A stretch of DNA of 64,000 nucleotides, taken from positions 108,314,001-108,378,000 of the forward strand of contig OZ024743.1 of assembly GCA_964016885.1 (NCBI GenBank), read 5' to 3'. Shown in pieces: positions 42,591 to 59,993 of the stretch. Position 1 is the stretch's first letter; every line of letters begins with the position of its first letter. The translations under genes and the position numbers were made by a program. This stretch comes from Eledone cirrhosa (taxonomy: Eukaryota). The notes beneath the pieces were generated by a model that was given only the letters and a program-made list of their open reading frames with translations, did no database searches and was not told the DNA's origin.

Positions 42591-42925
42591 ATAAAATAAA
42601 AAAAGTGGAGAATAACATGGTCAACAGTACAGAAAAGGGGATTCATTTACAGTCTAACAATTGTTTCACTGATAAAGATGTCTAAAAATTACTGAACACT
42701 AGAAGCAGTGCCACTCAATTTTAAATACGATCTTAGCTCGATCAGATCTTCCGAAACTGTTTAGTCTCAGAAGATCTGATCTTGCTAACATTGTATTTAA
42801 AATTGAGTGACACTGCTTTCATTGATCACCAATGTTTAGACATCTTTATCAGTGAAACGATTGTTAGACTGTAAATAAATCCCCTGTTTGGTACTGTTGA
42901 ACATGTTATTCTCAACTTTTTCAAT

Positions 42926-42930
<5 letters not shown>
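42591..42930. mobile_element. Foldback element made of two head-to-head hammerhead-like motifs
   Basis: 168-bp arms 42591-42758 and 42763-42930 around a 4-nt loop gttt; the right end abuts (TA)n. Confidence 0.8.
42763..42870 (+). ncRNA. Type I hammerhead-like motif with an approximately 80-nt stem II region, core position 4 altered
   Basis: agtct-CAGAAGA-t ctgat...atcag t-GAAAC-gatt-GTT-agact, then AATAAA; the left arm reads agttt-CGGAAGA...GAAAC-aatt-GTT-agact on the minus strand. Confidence 0.55.
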
Positions 42931-42960
<30 letters not shown>

Positions 42961-43723
42961 TGTGTTAGTCAGCCGACACTAGCGTACGCACGATAGAGTA
43001 TTCGACGAATCATACTTGTAGGTCTATATATATATATATATAGAACAACAAGTAGTGCTATTCGTTTTGTTTTGAGGCAATCACAAAGCATTCAATGGAT
43101 CGAAAGTTAAACACAAACATTAAGTTCGGAGTAAAACAACGTAGTTATAAAATGCGACACAAAGAGAACCGATTGAAGGAACACACTATACATACAGCAA
43201 AATAACGTATCTGTGTATGTGTGTGTGTGGGGGGGGGTATGTGCGGGTATGTGTGTGTGCATGGGTCTGTGTGTGAGCGCGTGTGTGTGTAGTTTTCCGG
43301 GGTTGATTAAATTCCATATAAATAAATATATGACATTCATTTTTTCACCAACGACTACACATCAAAAGGCACACGCATATATCATCTCACCTTAGATGAA
43401 ATCTAAATGGAGATTGGTATTAATGTCAAACCCAAACAGAAATGGAATGGCTGCCTAATTTGCCAGATATGTATTATTTTGATTACATATATAATTATAC
43501 GTAAATATCTTAAGTGAAATGACACGTGAATAATACATCAAAGTACATACATATTACACACACCATAAACGCATACAACGCATATATATATATATATAAG
43601 TGCAAACGCCACATTACGAATATGCACAATGTTAACACACTGACACGGATTTTACTCGATACATATATCATATGTCACTGGGTAAGTAAATGTGAGCAAA
43701 CGGGATTATTGGTAACCTCCTCA

Positions 43724-43780
<57 letters not shown>

Positions 43781-44228
43781 TAAAGATTTACATATACATA
43801 AACTCATATATATATATATGTTGAGACGAAATGGTATATATTTTATCTAATAATTCTAAGGACATGATTTATGATATATATATATATATATATATAGAGG
43901 AGGTCATATTGTTACCAATAATGCCGTTTCATATATATATATATGAAATAGATACTCATATATGTATGTATATCCATATTCGTGAGAGCAGTATATTATT
44001 ACAAAATGGGCGTTACTACTTTCGATGGGAATGCAAATTTAATTTCCTATGGTTATATACCATAGCTCTACATACCACTGGATTTTACATGGTATACTGA
44101 TGATATGAACATTTTCTAGAAGCTTCCCCTTGCTCTGCAATTAAAACTGGATTAAAACTGGATTATAGCCGGACAAAAACTGAATATTTGCATGTTTTAT
44201 ATATAATATGTATATGTAAATATGGGGC

Positions 44229-44778
<550 letters not shown>

Positions 44779-45875
44779 TCCTAATCCTATACATATGTTA
44801 ATCATTGTGTTTGTGAGTATAGGTGCTGTCGATGTGAGCCCGTTTATCATGCGAGATGACAAGTAATATAAAAAAAGAGTAAATCAAACAGATTTCACTG
44901 TATAGCAACAAGTTCAGTTGCATGTAGAAGTTGAATAATCTGGCGTTTTATGGTATGTCTATCTAAGAATACATTACCCAACATGTACATACGTTTGTAT
45001 GTACTTTGAGCATGATTTGATGGAGATGTGTATTTCATCATTACCTTGTTGCCTTGTTAATTGGTGGTGGTGCGTATGTATTGATAGTAGTAATATATAA
45101 TTCCATATATAAACATTACTAAAAATGTGAAGTCGTACGTATGACTTTTGCATGTCATTGGCGGATTTCCAAACGTCTTCCTCGCGTATTTCTAATGAAA
45201 TATAATCTATTGGCAATTTAAATGTGCATAAGAACCTATTAAAAGAATTTCACTTCGATTAAGAATTTCACTTTGCTATAAATAGCCACGTTTTCTTCCA
45301 TATCATTTGAGGGGAGTTGAATAGATTTCGAAAATCATCGGATTGATTGTTCCTGTAATTTTAGGGGCGGCTTTCGCTCACCTTTTGACACACTGAATTT
45401 CTCTTAGAAGTACGTCAATTATACACAGGTTTGTGGAATTCTCAGACCGTTACCGGTTACACGTTAAGTTCATAAGCAGGCTGATTTGGTGTAGGTAAAA
45501 ATGGCACACTCATCCTCGAAACCATTAGCAGAATATTCCATTTCACAGTGTGTATATTGTGCTACGGTAACTAATATCTCTCTCACTGATTTACGTGGAT
45601 AATTTGTGATGTGATTGTGATGATGATGATGATGATGATGAGGTTGATGATGTTCATGAAGATGATGATGACGATAATTATAAACATTATGATGATGATC
45701 ATCATCATGACGATGGTGTTGGTGGTAGTGATGATGATGGTGATGATGATGATGGTGCTTGTCATCGATCAACATGGACGTGTTGACATATTTTCAACGT
45801 CTTTCTATGGGAATTGTAGTTAGTCAGAAAATGTGTATGCGTGTTTTTTTTTTATTACGTGTGATTATGTGGGTG

Positions 45876-45911
<36 letters not shown>

Positions 45912-46066
45912 CATGTATGTGTGTGTTAATGTTTATCACTGAATATGTATGTGTATTGAATGTCGCTTATGTAGCTTAGGGCGGTCTTGTATACAACGTT
46001 GTGGGCCTATATGCACGGATGCCCATATGTAAATATGTGTGAATATACAAATACTCGCACGCACAA

Positions 46067-46129
<63 letters not shown>

Positions 46130-46556
46130 CATACATACATACATACATACATACATACATACATACATACGTACGTACATACGTGTAGGATGTGTTTCCA
46201 TGTCTATGTGCGGATATATATGTATGAGCAAAGAGAATATATAACTGTGAGTATTGACACAACGACTAGAACTATGGAATATTTCATGAAAGAAATCTGT
46301 GAATTCGGACAGGAATGCAGTATTTCGATTCCTTGTATCCTAAATCTGTTTGGAATCACTTTGCCTACATAAACTGCCGCCATTAACCACCACCACCACC
46401 ACCTTGTCGCTCACCCATGCCTTCTTCTCAGCTGCTTCCAGCTTAAAACCGTAGAAACAGTATGAATCACTTTGTTGGGCGACAAACGACCGACGTATGA
46501 CCTGGCATCTCACATACTTGATACCTTTACCACGACATAAGAATGACGAATATACG

Positions 46557-46596
<40 letters not shown>

Positions 46597-46614
46597 TATA
46601 CACACACACATACA

Positions 46615-46753
<139 letters not shown>

Positions 46754-46944
46754 ATGTATATACACACAGACATATACGCGTGCATTAATATGTGCCCTGA
46801 GTAATAATATCTTGCAGGACTATGATATATGTTCTTTTGGAGCTGATATACATATTTATACATCACACACGGACACACACGCATACAATCACACATACAC
46901 ATACACACGCACACGCACGCAAACACACACTCACACACACACAA

Positions 46945-46986
<42 letters not shown>

Positions 46987-47810
46987 CACACATACGCCGA
47001 TGTCAATATGCACTTCATATGTAAATGAATATATGGATGTATATACGTTACTATTATATTAGAAAACGTATTGCATGGGAATAAAAAGGGAAGAAAATGC
47101 AAAGAGAGAAATAGATTACGAGAGAGTTAGAGAGAGTGGGAGGTGGTGGAGTAGGTGGAGGAGAGTTATAAAGAGCGTATGTGTCAGTGAGTGAGAAGAA
47201 TAAAGCAGTGAGTGAGAAGGAATATAGTAGAAAAAATATATAAAAGAATGACTGCGCTATATAGGGAGAAGGAAAAATGTTGTGGGTTGGTTGAAGGAGA
47301 GGTGATTTGTGTATAAAGGGCAAGAAAGTGACAAAGAGACAGGCAGTCGGTGAGACAAGGAGACAGACAGGCATATGAAAAGTAAATGGCTTTAACGGTC
47401 ATTGCTATTACCAACAACTGCAGAACATATGGTTCACTCTTGCTGAATATTTTGCACAGAATCTACTTTCTTCAATTCGATGTCGTCGTCGTCTCGCCAA
47501 AGCTTTTACTCATTTATTTATTTATTTATTTATTTATGTATGTGTTGCTCTTTCTCAAACTTGAATCATATTCTCCACACTCAGATTCATCTCACATGTT
47601 CTAGCATGTCGCTCACCGAGATTAACTCTCCAAATAATATCTCCCATTCTCTATGCATCTCCCTCACTTATCTCCCTCCATCTCCCCCTCTCTATCTATC
47701 TCGCTCCCACACACACATACATGCACACACGCACATATGCCGGCACACGTGAGCACACACATACACGCTTTAGCTTTTCTCTCTCACTATTTTTATTCAT
47801 AGACGACACT

Positions 47811-47942
47811 TTGGCAGACTCGTTACAACATCTGGCAATATGATTTGCGATATTCGTTCCGGCTCTTTACGCTTTGAGTTCAAATCTCCCGCTTGGATTA
47901 ATTTTGTTTTTCGTCATTTTGAGGTCGAAAATAAAGTACCTT
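47811..47942 (+). mobile_element. Decayed SINE
   Basis: ttggcagactcgtta...tgagttcaaatc...gaggtcgaaaataaagtacc. Confidence 0.65.
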
Positions 47943-48744
47943 TCGACTACTAATGTTGATATTCCTCCACTTTTTCTTCTCATCATCTATCTCTTTATCT
48001 GACAGATGGAGAGGATGGACTAAGCCAAGTTTAAATATGTTACGACTGCATCAAGAGCTCAGCGACATAGATATCAACCTCTCTCCCACCCTCTCTCTCT
48101 CTCTCTGTCTCTCTGCCTATATATGTATATATATATATATATATATATGGGGGGGGGGGTGTAGGCACAAAGTACATAATAATTAACAGTATCACACCAT
48201 CACCTAGCATATTCCACAAGTGATTTTCCTCTTAAGCTCAGTCAAACTTAATTCTTCAACTGTTAATTTAACTAAAGAGTTTGAGACTGTTTTGAAGCCG
48301 ACCGTAGGGATTATACTTAACATTTGAAGGATGAACATTATTAGATACTGTGTCACGCTAATTATTTTTACAGTTAAGGTAAATGTGTCGATCATCTTAC
48401 CAGATAGAGCAGTTAGTTCAGTTGATCGAACTACTAAATAACCCTTTTCAAAACAGATGGTGATCTCTTTTCTTGCATTACAAATACTAAATTAATATAA
48501 GTATGTTACTGTATGTGCATTAAAACTTTATCATATGTGCAACGAACATCAGGATGGCGAAAGGAATTTAGAAAAACATCAGCTAACATTGGAGTAAATT
48601 AATCAAAATCTGTATTACTCCAACGACTATTTTCACATTCGACTTTGTTTTCCTCACGTCAGAATTTCTCCTATTCTCACGGTATTCAACCTCGTCAAAT
48701 ACCCAATCGTATCTGACCAGTTTCGTTATATAATATTATTATTA

Positions 48745-49070
48745 AGTTCAAATCCCGCCAGGTTAACTTTGCCTTTCATCCTTATGCAGTCGATAAAATA
48801 AAGTACCAGTAATGCAGTGGATAATTGCTGGCCTTGTGCCAAAAGTAGAAACAATTATTATTAAGAAAAAGTGGTGGATTAGCAGAATTGAAAGAACATC
48901 AGAAAAATGTCTTTATACTTTCTCAATTCAAATACAACCGAGGTCAACTTTGATTTTCACCCTCCCGATGGATGTAAATAAAGTACCACTCAAAGACTTG
49001 GGTGGATATAAATCTACTTACCTAACCCTAATCCACTCAAAAATGTTGACTAAAACAGAAACCATTATTA
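48745..49070 (+). mobile_element. Tandem SINEs: young truncated copy 48745-48861, older copy 48871-49070
   Basis: B box to tail in the first copy; diverged full copy follows. Confidence 0.8.
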
Positions 49071-49600
49071 TTAAGAATTTATTGCTACAATACCATCACC
49101 AACAACACCACCATCTTGGAATTTTTCGGTAAATGATGTGAATGATTTAATAACCCACCCCATTTCTCCCGGGGAATTAGGTTTACTATCAACATGTTAT
49201 ATGTACAAGTAGGACAGGGAAGGGGGCTATGAAAAGGCATTTACCTTTGGTAGTCGAAATAAATATTGATATGTAAGGTGTACACACATAGACCGGAGAA
49301 AATAGTTCTCCGGAGAAAACAGTTCCGAAAGGGCATTTGCCCTTGGCGCACATAAGAATTATGGTTTAGTTGGGTTTCATGGTGGGCCCTAGTCGACTGA
49401 CTTCCTATTGGAAGGCGTCTCATCCACCCTACTCACATTTGTGGTGTTGATTCCGATGTCTGCTTTATTCTGTTTTATATTACATAATCGATTATATATA
49501 AAGCACCTTCCAACTTCATTTATTTATTTGTTAGTAACTTACCCTTATGAAACCCACTCATTTATCACCTTTTATCATCATCATCATCAGCAGCATCAGA

Positions 49601-49719
49601 AGTAGTAGTAGTAGTAGTTGTGGTGATGCGAGTCGTAGTGGGAGTAGTAGTAGTTGTGGTGATGCGAGTCGTAGTGGGAGTAGTAGTATTAGTAGTTGTG
49701 GTGATGCGAGTCGTAGTGG

Positions 49720-49775
<56 letters not shown>
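49601..49775 (+). repeat. Minisatellite, 3 x 33-39 bp, embedded in (AGT)n
   Basis: agttgtggtgatgcgagtcgtagtggg repeated three times, separated by (agt)n. Confidence 0.9.
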
Positions 49776-49928
49776 ACTCCTAAAGAAATAATAGAGAAAA
49801 CCAATAAACAAATAGCTACACAACCCAATCAAGAACAACAAAAAGCAATCAATTTTTTTCTTCAAGAAATAAAACCCATATCGCCACCAACACCATCATC
49901 ATCATCACCATCACCTTCTTTACTATCC

Positions 49929-50003
<75 letters not shown>

Positions 50004-50929
50004 TTGTTATTATTATTATTATTATTATTATGATTATTATTATTATTACGTTGTTTCCCATTATTATTTCACCAATCGTCTCAGCACACTTTTTTAACCA
50101 TTTGCAAATCACGCCAAGCTGCTTTTATTTATTACGCATCATTCACCCTACCTCCTCCCACTTGCCAGCTAATCCATCATTCATTATTGATTATCGAATT
50201 CGTTGATGTTTTATTAGGGACAAAGGATCACAGCAGGATTGCGTTTTCTTCATTTAAAGGATCAAACTCTGCACTTTCACTCCTTTTTTTATTTCCTTTT
50301 ATTTTATTTTGTGTTTTTTTCTTTCATTATATTCCTCATATTTTCCCTCACTTTTTTTCTATTACTTTCTCTACTCAATCCTCGTTCTTTCTCTCGTTCA
50401 TTCAACCATTTTCTTCGATTTTTATTTGTTTTGTTCTCTCCTTTATTATAGTCAATCATTATTGTTTTTCTATACAATTTTCGCCATCTATTTTCGCTCT
50501 GTATAATATCACTACCTAATTTCTCTCTCACCTTGTGTATATATGTCTGTTTCCCTCCTTCATTCTTCATTTGCTCCTTCTCTCTCTCTTTCTATTGCCC
50601 CCCTCTCTCTCTATATATATATATACTTTTCTCTCTCTCTCTCTCTCTCTCTCTTACATTAAGTCCTGTTACTATGCCATCTGCCTAATATATATCTTAC
50701 ATCTCTTTCTACTTAGATCTTCGTTTTCAGGAAATATTATGTCTAGCTATAAGTGCACGCTACTTACATCTATTGGCACTGAATGTGCGAAGTTCTTTCC
50801 AACCCCTGACTCTTCCCTATTTCTCTTTCTTTATCTCTCTCTCTCTCCTTCTCTTTCTCTCTCTCGCTCTCTCTCCCCGTTCTGTGTGTTTGTATAGCTC
50901 TACAACACCCTCTCTTTATCTAACCATCT

Positions 50930-51186
50930 CCCTCTTTAATAATCTTTACTTTGCCTGATACAACCATGGTTCTATAATACAAAGCTATTTATATTAAAGT
51001 GTTTATATTTTTCATAATTTTATGCAAGAGCATTTGTTAAGTTACGTTTCAAACACTATCTTGGTAAAGAGAAATTTAGTTTTATTACTAAATCCCTTCA
51101 AATTGTGGATTGCTTTTTTTGTCTTCAAGACTACTTGAGATTTATGGCCAGTGTCTTTCATTAGAAATGCGGAATTAAAGGGTTAA
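50930..51186. mobile_element. Possible decayed piggyBac-type (TTAA) MITE
   Basis: Right end aaagggTTAA (51177-86); left end only weakly preserved (ccctctttaa). Confidence 0.35.
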
Positions 51187-51292
51187 TCGTTATATTTAAC
51201 CAAGTTTCATTCGGTTAAAGGGGCTCAACATTCTTTAAATACTTCAAACGCATATTCCCTCTCTCCCTTCTCCCCTATCTCCCCCTTCTCGT

Positions 51293-51383
<91 letters not shown>

Positions 51384-52178
51384 ATATATATATATATATA
51401 TATATCGCTCGGCAACTTTCCTTCCTCCATCTGTCTCTCCTATTCCCTTGTTCAATATTTTTTATATATATAATTCCTTAATATCTCACGATATCGTTCT
51501 TGTTCAGCCTGCCAAAAACCCCTCATCTCTGTATTGTCGATCATTCCACTGGTTTTATTTTGTTTAATCTACATTAATCTCTATGTCTGCCAGAGTATGT
51601 ATTTCTGAATGCCAAATGTGTATCTAAATTGTCACTGCACTCCTATATATAAAAGGCTTCACCACTCTTGCACCATTAGCCATATACACGTGTGCATGTG
51701 CACACCTAGACACACACATTCACCGTTGTTCGATTATTTCCCCTTCCCAACCTGATTTTGTTTTTTCTTTCTTCCAATGTTTTCGCTCGTATCAGCCGTT
51801 ATCTGAAGTTTTCTATTTGCCGCCATCAACAGATCTGATCGAAAACGAAATACAATGAAATAATAGTGCTGTTGTTGTTTTTAACATAAAAGAAAATAAA
51901 TAATATCAGCAAAAATACAATAGTATTTACAAGACCAAAACAATATATTAAAATGGAAATTATATTTAGAAAAAAAGAACGAAAACAAAGAATATTCTAT
52001 CTTAAAAAATGAAAAAAATTTAAAATAAATTCACAGAATATATCTAAAATTAGGAAGTAAAAATCAATAAATGACAATTAAATAAAAAAAAAATACAAAT
52101 AGCAAATAACCGGACAATGTAGAAAAATAACAACAAGCGATATGATGTTTACAGATATATGGAAAAGTATGTGTTTGC

Positions 52179-52218
<40 letters not shown>

Positions 52219-52306
52219 ATTATTATAGAAATGCATAACTTATTAGAAACAGCGCAAGCAATCATATACACACTGACACGTCCACAGCAACATGATATAT
52301 ATTATA

Positions 52307-52385
52307 CAGGATGTACTCCCAAAATGTATACTCACTTCAATAGCATGCTTATAAATATGTGTATACATTGTTTGTGGACACCCTG
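52307..52385. mobile_element. 79-bp Tc1/mariner-type MITE
   Basis: TA|caggatgtactcccaaaatgtatac...gtatacattgtttgtggacaccctg|TA; imperfect TIRs and TA TSD. Confidence 0.7.
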
Positions 52386-52641
52386 TATATAAACATATAT
52401 ATTACAAAGGCAAAGCATTCAAACATTGAATAAGCACTCAATAGAGTGTACATTTTGAGGTTTAACTATGCAAACGGGAGAAACAAAGCTCAATCGCTCG
52501 ACAGTGCGTTGTACGATTTCTTATAACTGTAAAGCCAAAGTGTTTCGAGATTTCTTTAAATAGTTTGAATGGACTTTGTGTCACCAGTATAGCTTTGCAA
52601 CTATAATAATCTATGAATACTTATATATATGCACACACTTC

Positions 52642-53016
<375 letters not shown>

Positions 53017-53030
53017 CACACACACACACA

Positions 53031-53073
<43 letters not shown>

Positions 53074-53187
53074 GTATATATGTTTGTAGATAGAGATTAA
53101 TGACTCACATATCCATATATCCATTATTCAGAATTTCAGGAGCATGATAGCACGTGCCTAATCGATATCCGCAGTTGTTTCTTTAAT

Positions 53188-53405
53188 AATTGATTCTACT
53201 TTATGCACAAGGCCAGTAATTTTACGGGGACAGAAAAAAAAAACGATTAAATCGATCCCAGGGCATTCTGGTACTTTATTTTATCAACCCGTAAAGATGA
53301 AAGGCAAAGTTAACCTCGGTGGGATTTGTACTCATAACGTAAAGGGTCGTGACTCGACGCATCTGGACATGCTGTCCGACGTTCTACCAATTCTAGTAAG
53401 GACGG
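53188..53405 (-). mobile_element. SINE (long variant)
   Basis: Core and head match; contains the cgattaaatcgatccc segment. Confidence 0.8.
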
Positions 53406-53928
53406 CAAAATGGTATTCATGGTGAGAGTACTGATGGCCAAGGCTGGATAGAAGCGGCAGGGCGCTGGACAAATTTCCACACGAGTATAATTACGTTTCT
53501 GTGAAATTATGAGTTCAATATACACCGGCGGATGTATTTGTCATTCACCCTTTCACGGTCGCTAAAAACTTCATACGAGTGAAATAATTCATCAATGCTA
53601 TCGAAAAAATCTTTCGAAATGTTTGAAGGATGGGCTTTCTAGCCATCATCAACTAAATGCAGAAATCACCTGCAAAAGATCTTGTAATACCATTATTAGT
53701 GTTTGATAATAGTCATATTTTTGCATATGCACACCCACACACACACAAACATACACACACAGAGAGAAAGAGAGAGACAGACACACAGACACACATACAC
53801 ATGCATGCGTGTGTGTTGTGTGTGTGTGTGTGTGTGTGTACGTGTGTGTGTGTGTGTGTACGTGTGTGTATGTGTGTGTACGTGTGTGTGTGTATACGAA
53901 TGACAACAAAATATAGTCCATCATAATA

Positions 53929-54110
53929 ATTATTTTGTTTTGGCTCAACACCAGCAATTACCTCAGTGCCTTACTGATGCTTTATTTTATCGACGGCGAA
54001 AGGATGAAAGGCAAATTTAACTTCGGCGGGATTTGAACTCAGGACGTAAGGGGCCATAACTATGCTGCAAAGCATCGTGTCTCACGTTCCACCGATACTT
54101 CCAAGTCACC
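53929..54110 (-). mobile_element. SINE (main family)
   Basis: tttattttatcgac...aggatgaaaggcaaatttaacttcggcgggatttgaactcag. Confidence 0.85.
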
Positions 54111-54339
54111 CATAATAATCAGTTCAGAAAGTCTGGTTACGTTACGATGATGACGGAAAATTACATGAGCCATCGTTTATTTTTCAACTGAACTATTGCA
54201 CACAAACATTTGCCTTCACCAGAGGTGCCTTACCTGCTTATCTATGCTTTATATACACACACCAATACACAAACAAATACCAACACACAGCCATACATAC
54301 ACCCACTCTCATGCACACATAAACACCCACACATATATA

Positions 54340-55168
<829 letters not shown>

Positions 55169-55589
55169 GGCACTTACAATATATATGGGGAGGGCACGTG
55201 TTGTTAGGCTGTGGTACAATATTAAAAGTGCTGTGTCAGAGGTCGTGTATAATTCCAAACTCCTGCAAACGATGAGTGCCGCTTAAGTGTTGAGAGCGGC
55301 ACAAGATATGAAGATAAATATTATAATGGGAAGAAGGGCTTAGAGAAAACTATATCTTAAATACCTACAAACAGATACGCACATACACATTGAAATATAC
55401 ACTCCCACAAACATTCATGTACATATATACACGCACAAACAAGCTTACATTCCCAGTGTTTCTCAGAAAGAAATAGTTGAGATATGTTCATGTATATATG
55501 AAAGTATATAGGTATTCTAGTTTCTACTTGTATTTTCATATGAAAACACATACACACGCAACCAGGGGCCCATCCACGATACATATATA

Positions 55590-55691
<102 letters not shown>

Positions 55692-56123
55692 CATATGTAT
55701 ATATATATATATATATATACATATATATATACATATATATGTAACTGTATAGTTCTGACGGGTGTAAGTGTGTGTGACACGCAAAGAAATTTAAAAGAGA
55801 ATAACAACAAAGCCATAACTGTTATTACGAGGAATTTGCTGTGGCATTAGAATAAGACAATCAGCTAAAGCAACAAGCATTAACTATACACATACTCGTA
55901 CACCCAAATATATATGTATAATTATGTATGTTAGTGTGGGTGTTTGTAATCAGACACACACACATAAACACCTACACCCCCCAACACACATATATACGTA
56001 CATATGTATATATATATATATATATATATAAACATACATACATACTTACACAATGACAAATAGCAAGTTATAGTAATTTTAATAACTATAGCAATATCAT
56101 TCGTGATAATAAAAATAATAATA

Positions 56124-56174
<51 letters not shown>

Positions 56175-56282
56175 GTGATGATGACTAGGATGTGGAGGGT
56201 GTTTAGAGAACTCCCTTGCTGAAGGTTATAAAAGTTATAAAGCCTCTTCAATTCTGCAGAATAATTATGATAACAGATATAT

Positions 56283-56358
<76 letters not shown>

Positions 56359-57578
56359 GGGTGTGTATGTGTGTGTGTTTGTGTGTGTTTGTGTGTGCAT
56401 GTGTATAAAACTAAAGAAAAAAATCCTACCATATGGAAGACGTTAAAATATATTCAGTCATGAGAAATTTCTACGTTATTACAACTTTTTTCTAGTCTCC
56501 TGTGAGAGGGTAGCTTTATTGTAGTTTATATGTTTTATATCCTTTTCGTCATTTCATGTTCCTGTGTTTTTTGTATTGTTGTTGCTGTTGTTGTTGTTTT
56601 GTTTGTTTGATTTTCTTCATGACTGGTCTTGCGCCTCTTGTTGCTGTAATTATTGTTTAGACCCAGGATTGTTTTAATGGGAAAGTTATTTTGATCAAAG
56701 GCATTCCGGTCTAAGCCGCCCAATCTTCTTTATAATGTCTAGAAGACGACTTTGTGAGAAATGAGAAATGTCCGTCTGTAATAGACGAATATACCGCATA
56801 TCTTAAAGTCTTCCACGTCTCTTCAGAACCGAAAAAAAAAAAAAAAATACATACATATATATATATATATGCAACAATTACTGGTCTTTGAGAAAGCCAT
56901 GTGCTCCATCCTTGAAATCTAGCCAAAGAGAAAAAAAAATTGGATGTGATTTTAGTGTGATTATATTATCCAATATAACAAGTATGGGTGTTAGGGTGGG
57001 TTTGTGTGAGATATACATGCACTATTTAAAACGAAGACGTGATGCTTAGCTGTAGTGTGTTTGATTGACAATCGAATGTTCGGGAATATGAATCTGTTAT
57101 ACTACAGATTGAGTCACGCTAATATATACGTTGTCGTGCATCTGTCCTTGAAATGCCCAATGAGCAGACCGTGCATTTGTTAGCACGAGTAGAATACTCA
57201 ACAAGGGTACATTTTAGATACTTATGATCTCTAAGTATACAATATTCGGTGTGTGCTTCTCTACATGGTAGACTGAGGCATGGTTCCTATATTTTAGTGA
57301 TTAAGACAATATTTCATTCGCTTTTTCATATTTTTTTTTATTTTGTTGATGCCAGCGGCATTGGTAAACGTTTGTAATCGTAGGAAAATAAATGGAAAAA
57401 TAACGATAAACATAGCCTCACCGTCCAACTTCAACTAATATACTGAAACACAAACAACATGAACAAGTAAGATAACATTAAAAACGTAATATCAAAAAAC
57501 CACATACGTACTTATATATAACTAAAATCCTATACAAACACACACTCATATATATATCTATTTATATATATCTATATA

Positions 57579-57641
<63 letters not shown>

Positions 57642-58343
57642 GTATATATGTGTGTGTGCGTGTGTGTGCGTGTGTGTGTGTGTGTGTATGTGCCGGTGTA
57701 TTTGTGGGTGTGTGTGTGTTTCACTCGATTGTCTTGACGACATTGTAGTTTGATAACACAGTATTACTTGTTAGCGCTTGTTTTTATAATTCTAATTGTC
57801 CTTATTGCTGTATTCGTGTATTCGTAAGAGCTCTTGAAAGAACCGCCTAGACACGCCTCCTGCTGGCTTTCTATATAAATGTCATATTTAGTGCACTTAA
57901 TGGCAAGTATCTCGCTCTTTCTCTCTCCCCCTCTCTCTCTCTCTCTTTCTCTCTCTCTCACACTCTCTCTCTCTAGCTTTCGCTCTCTCTCTCTCACTCT
58001 CTCTCTCTCGCTCTACATATATATACATATTCTCTCACACACACACGCATACATATGTATATATATATATATATATATATGTATGCGTGTGTGTGTGTGT
58101 ATGTGTGTGTGTGTATTATATTTAAAAGAATCGAGGTGTAACACACGAGTTATGATATATTGGTAAAATAAAATAAAATGCTGACAAATTGTTCCCAGTG
58201 AAAAATAGTTCAATTAGGAATAAGTAAAAATTAGCAATAGTGCTGGTTAGCACTCAGTGTTGGTTTTAAGTTTTACCGGTTGCCCATTTCTAATGCTTTT
58301 CAAAAATAATTTTGAGATAGAGCGCCCGTGATGTTTGCTCTAA

Positions 58344-58396
<53 letters not shown>

Positions 58397-58473
58397 TATA
58401 GTTTTATAAGACGTTTAGTATCTTAGTGCATTTGGCCTTACCAAGTACATATCAACAAGTAACAACAGTATGT

Positions 58474-58827
58474 ACATACATACATATATACATACATGGT
58501 GGTGGTTGCCAACTCGTTTTCGAGTACGGCCACTACTTTATATCCATGTAGGAGAACCCCTACCGATGCGCTGAACGAGTGTGACTTTTTAGTCCAGCCA
58601 GCGACTTGAAAACTCTGGTACAAACACTGCACCTGTGACAATTATTGAGACATCGTGCTGGGCCCATGGTACCATGTGACGACAAGTACAGAGAGATCTC
58701 CAGATATAAAGCGTGAAGCTTTTATAGTGAGCAAAGGCACTGCACAAAGCCATCCCACTCTTTTAACCAAGATGATATTTACCAAAAACAGAACAAGTCA
58801 ACATCATTGGATACCATCAGGGTTGCA
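58474..58827 (-). mobile_element. 5'-truncated copy of the RTE-derived bipartite element
   Basis: 58498-58827 is the reverse complement of 9221-9561; (CATA)n on both sides. Confidence 0.9.
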
Positions 58828-59185
58828 TACATAATATATACATACATACATACATACATACATACATACATACATGTATACATACATATATACATACATA
58901 CCCACATCCATAAGTATGTATATTGCTCAAATGGGTTCTTTCGAGAGAGTGTTAGATTTAGCTCTGTTCCACTCCAAAATAATTAACAGTTCTGTTCAGA
59001 ATGATGTGAAACATTATCCGGTGTTGTATAGCTGATGAGGGGAGCTCCGTGTCCTGTTTTCCTTGTTTTTGTTATTTTTCCTGTTCAGTCAATTCCCCCC
59101 ACTCCATTTTTCTCGTTTGTCCCCGTGTCTCAGTTCCTTTTAATGTCGATATGCCGTCGTGTGACTTCTGTCTGTTTTCCCATTT

Positions 59186-59246
<61 letters not shown>

Positions 59247-59920
59247 TATATATATATGTATATATATTTATATATTTCGCATATATATATAGCGTATGTG
59301 CGCCTGCATGCTTTTGCGTGTGTAATTATGTATTTATGTATGCATGTATGTATGCATACGGTATACAATGTGATAGTTTCTTCAAAGCCAAGACACTGAA
59401 CGAGGGAGAATTTTAAAAAATAGGTCAAACGCATTGTTTCTGGCACCAGCATTCCCATACGACTTAATATCTGGGAAGGAGAAGATTAAATTTGCATCGC
59501 AACAATAAATCATCATTCACGCACGTTCACAATCTGACAAACACACACACACACACACACACATGTTAGATAGCGTACCGGTTGAACTTGAATCATTCAA
59601 GACTGTATAAATTCTTTAGTGAATTCGTTTGGTTGTAAATATCATGACTAAAGCCATACTAATGCACCTCCTTCTATACTTACATATGTGTTTTAGAGAT
59701 TCGTCATTTTAGTTGTTTAGGTGAGTTGGTATGATAACATCCATCTGTCTTACACAGCCTAACTCTCACACTCGCCTATCTCTATTATCTCTCAATCACT
59801 CTCTATCTCACTCGCTTTCACCTTATTAACCTTCTCCCCCGTCTCTCCCAGTTTCACGGTCATCCCCTCCTTTACATTTTATTTTATTTACTTTTTTCCT
59901 GCATTCGTAGACGTTCCTTT

Positions 59921-59993
<73 letters not shown>

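Noticed and set aside
49601-49775. CRISPR-like array
   Set aside because: The spacers are only (agt)n, there are no cas genes, and the context is eukaryotic
56735-56832. Minus-strand CTGAAGA with agacg/cgtct stem
   Set aside because: No GAAA or stem III follows
59008-59050. Permuted hammerhead (GAAAC...GTT gtatag CTGATGA)
   Set aside because: No stem I can form in 6 nt and there is no stem II partner
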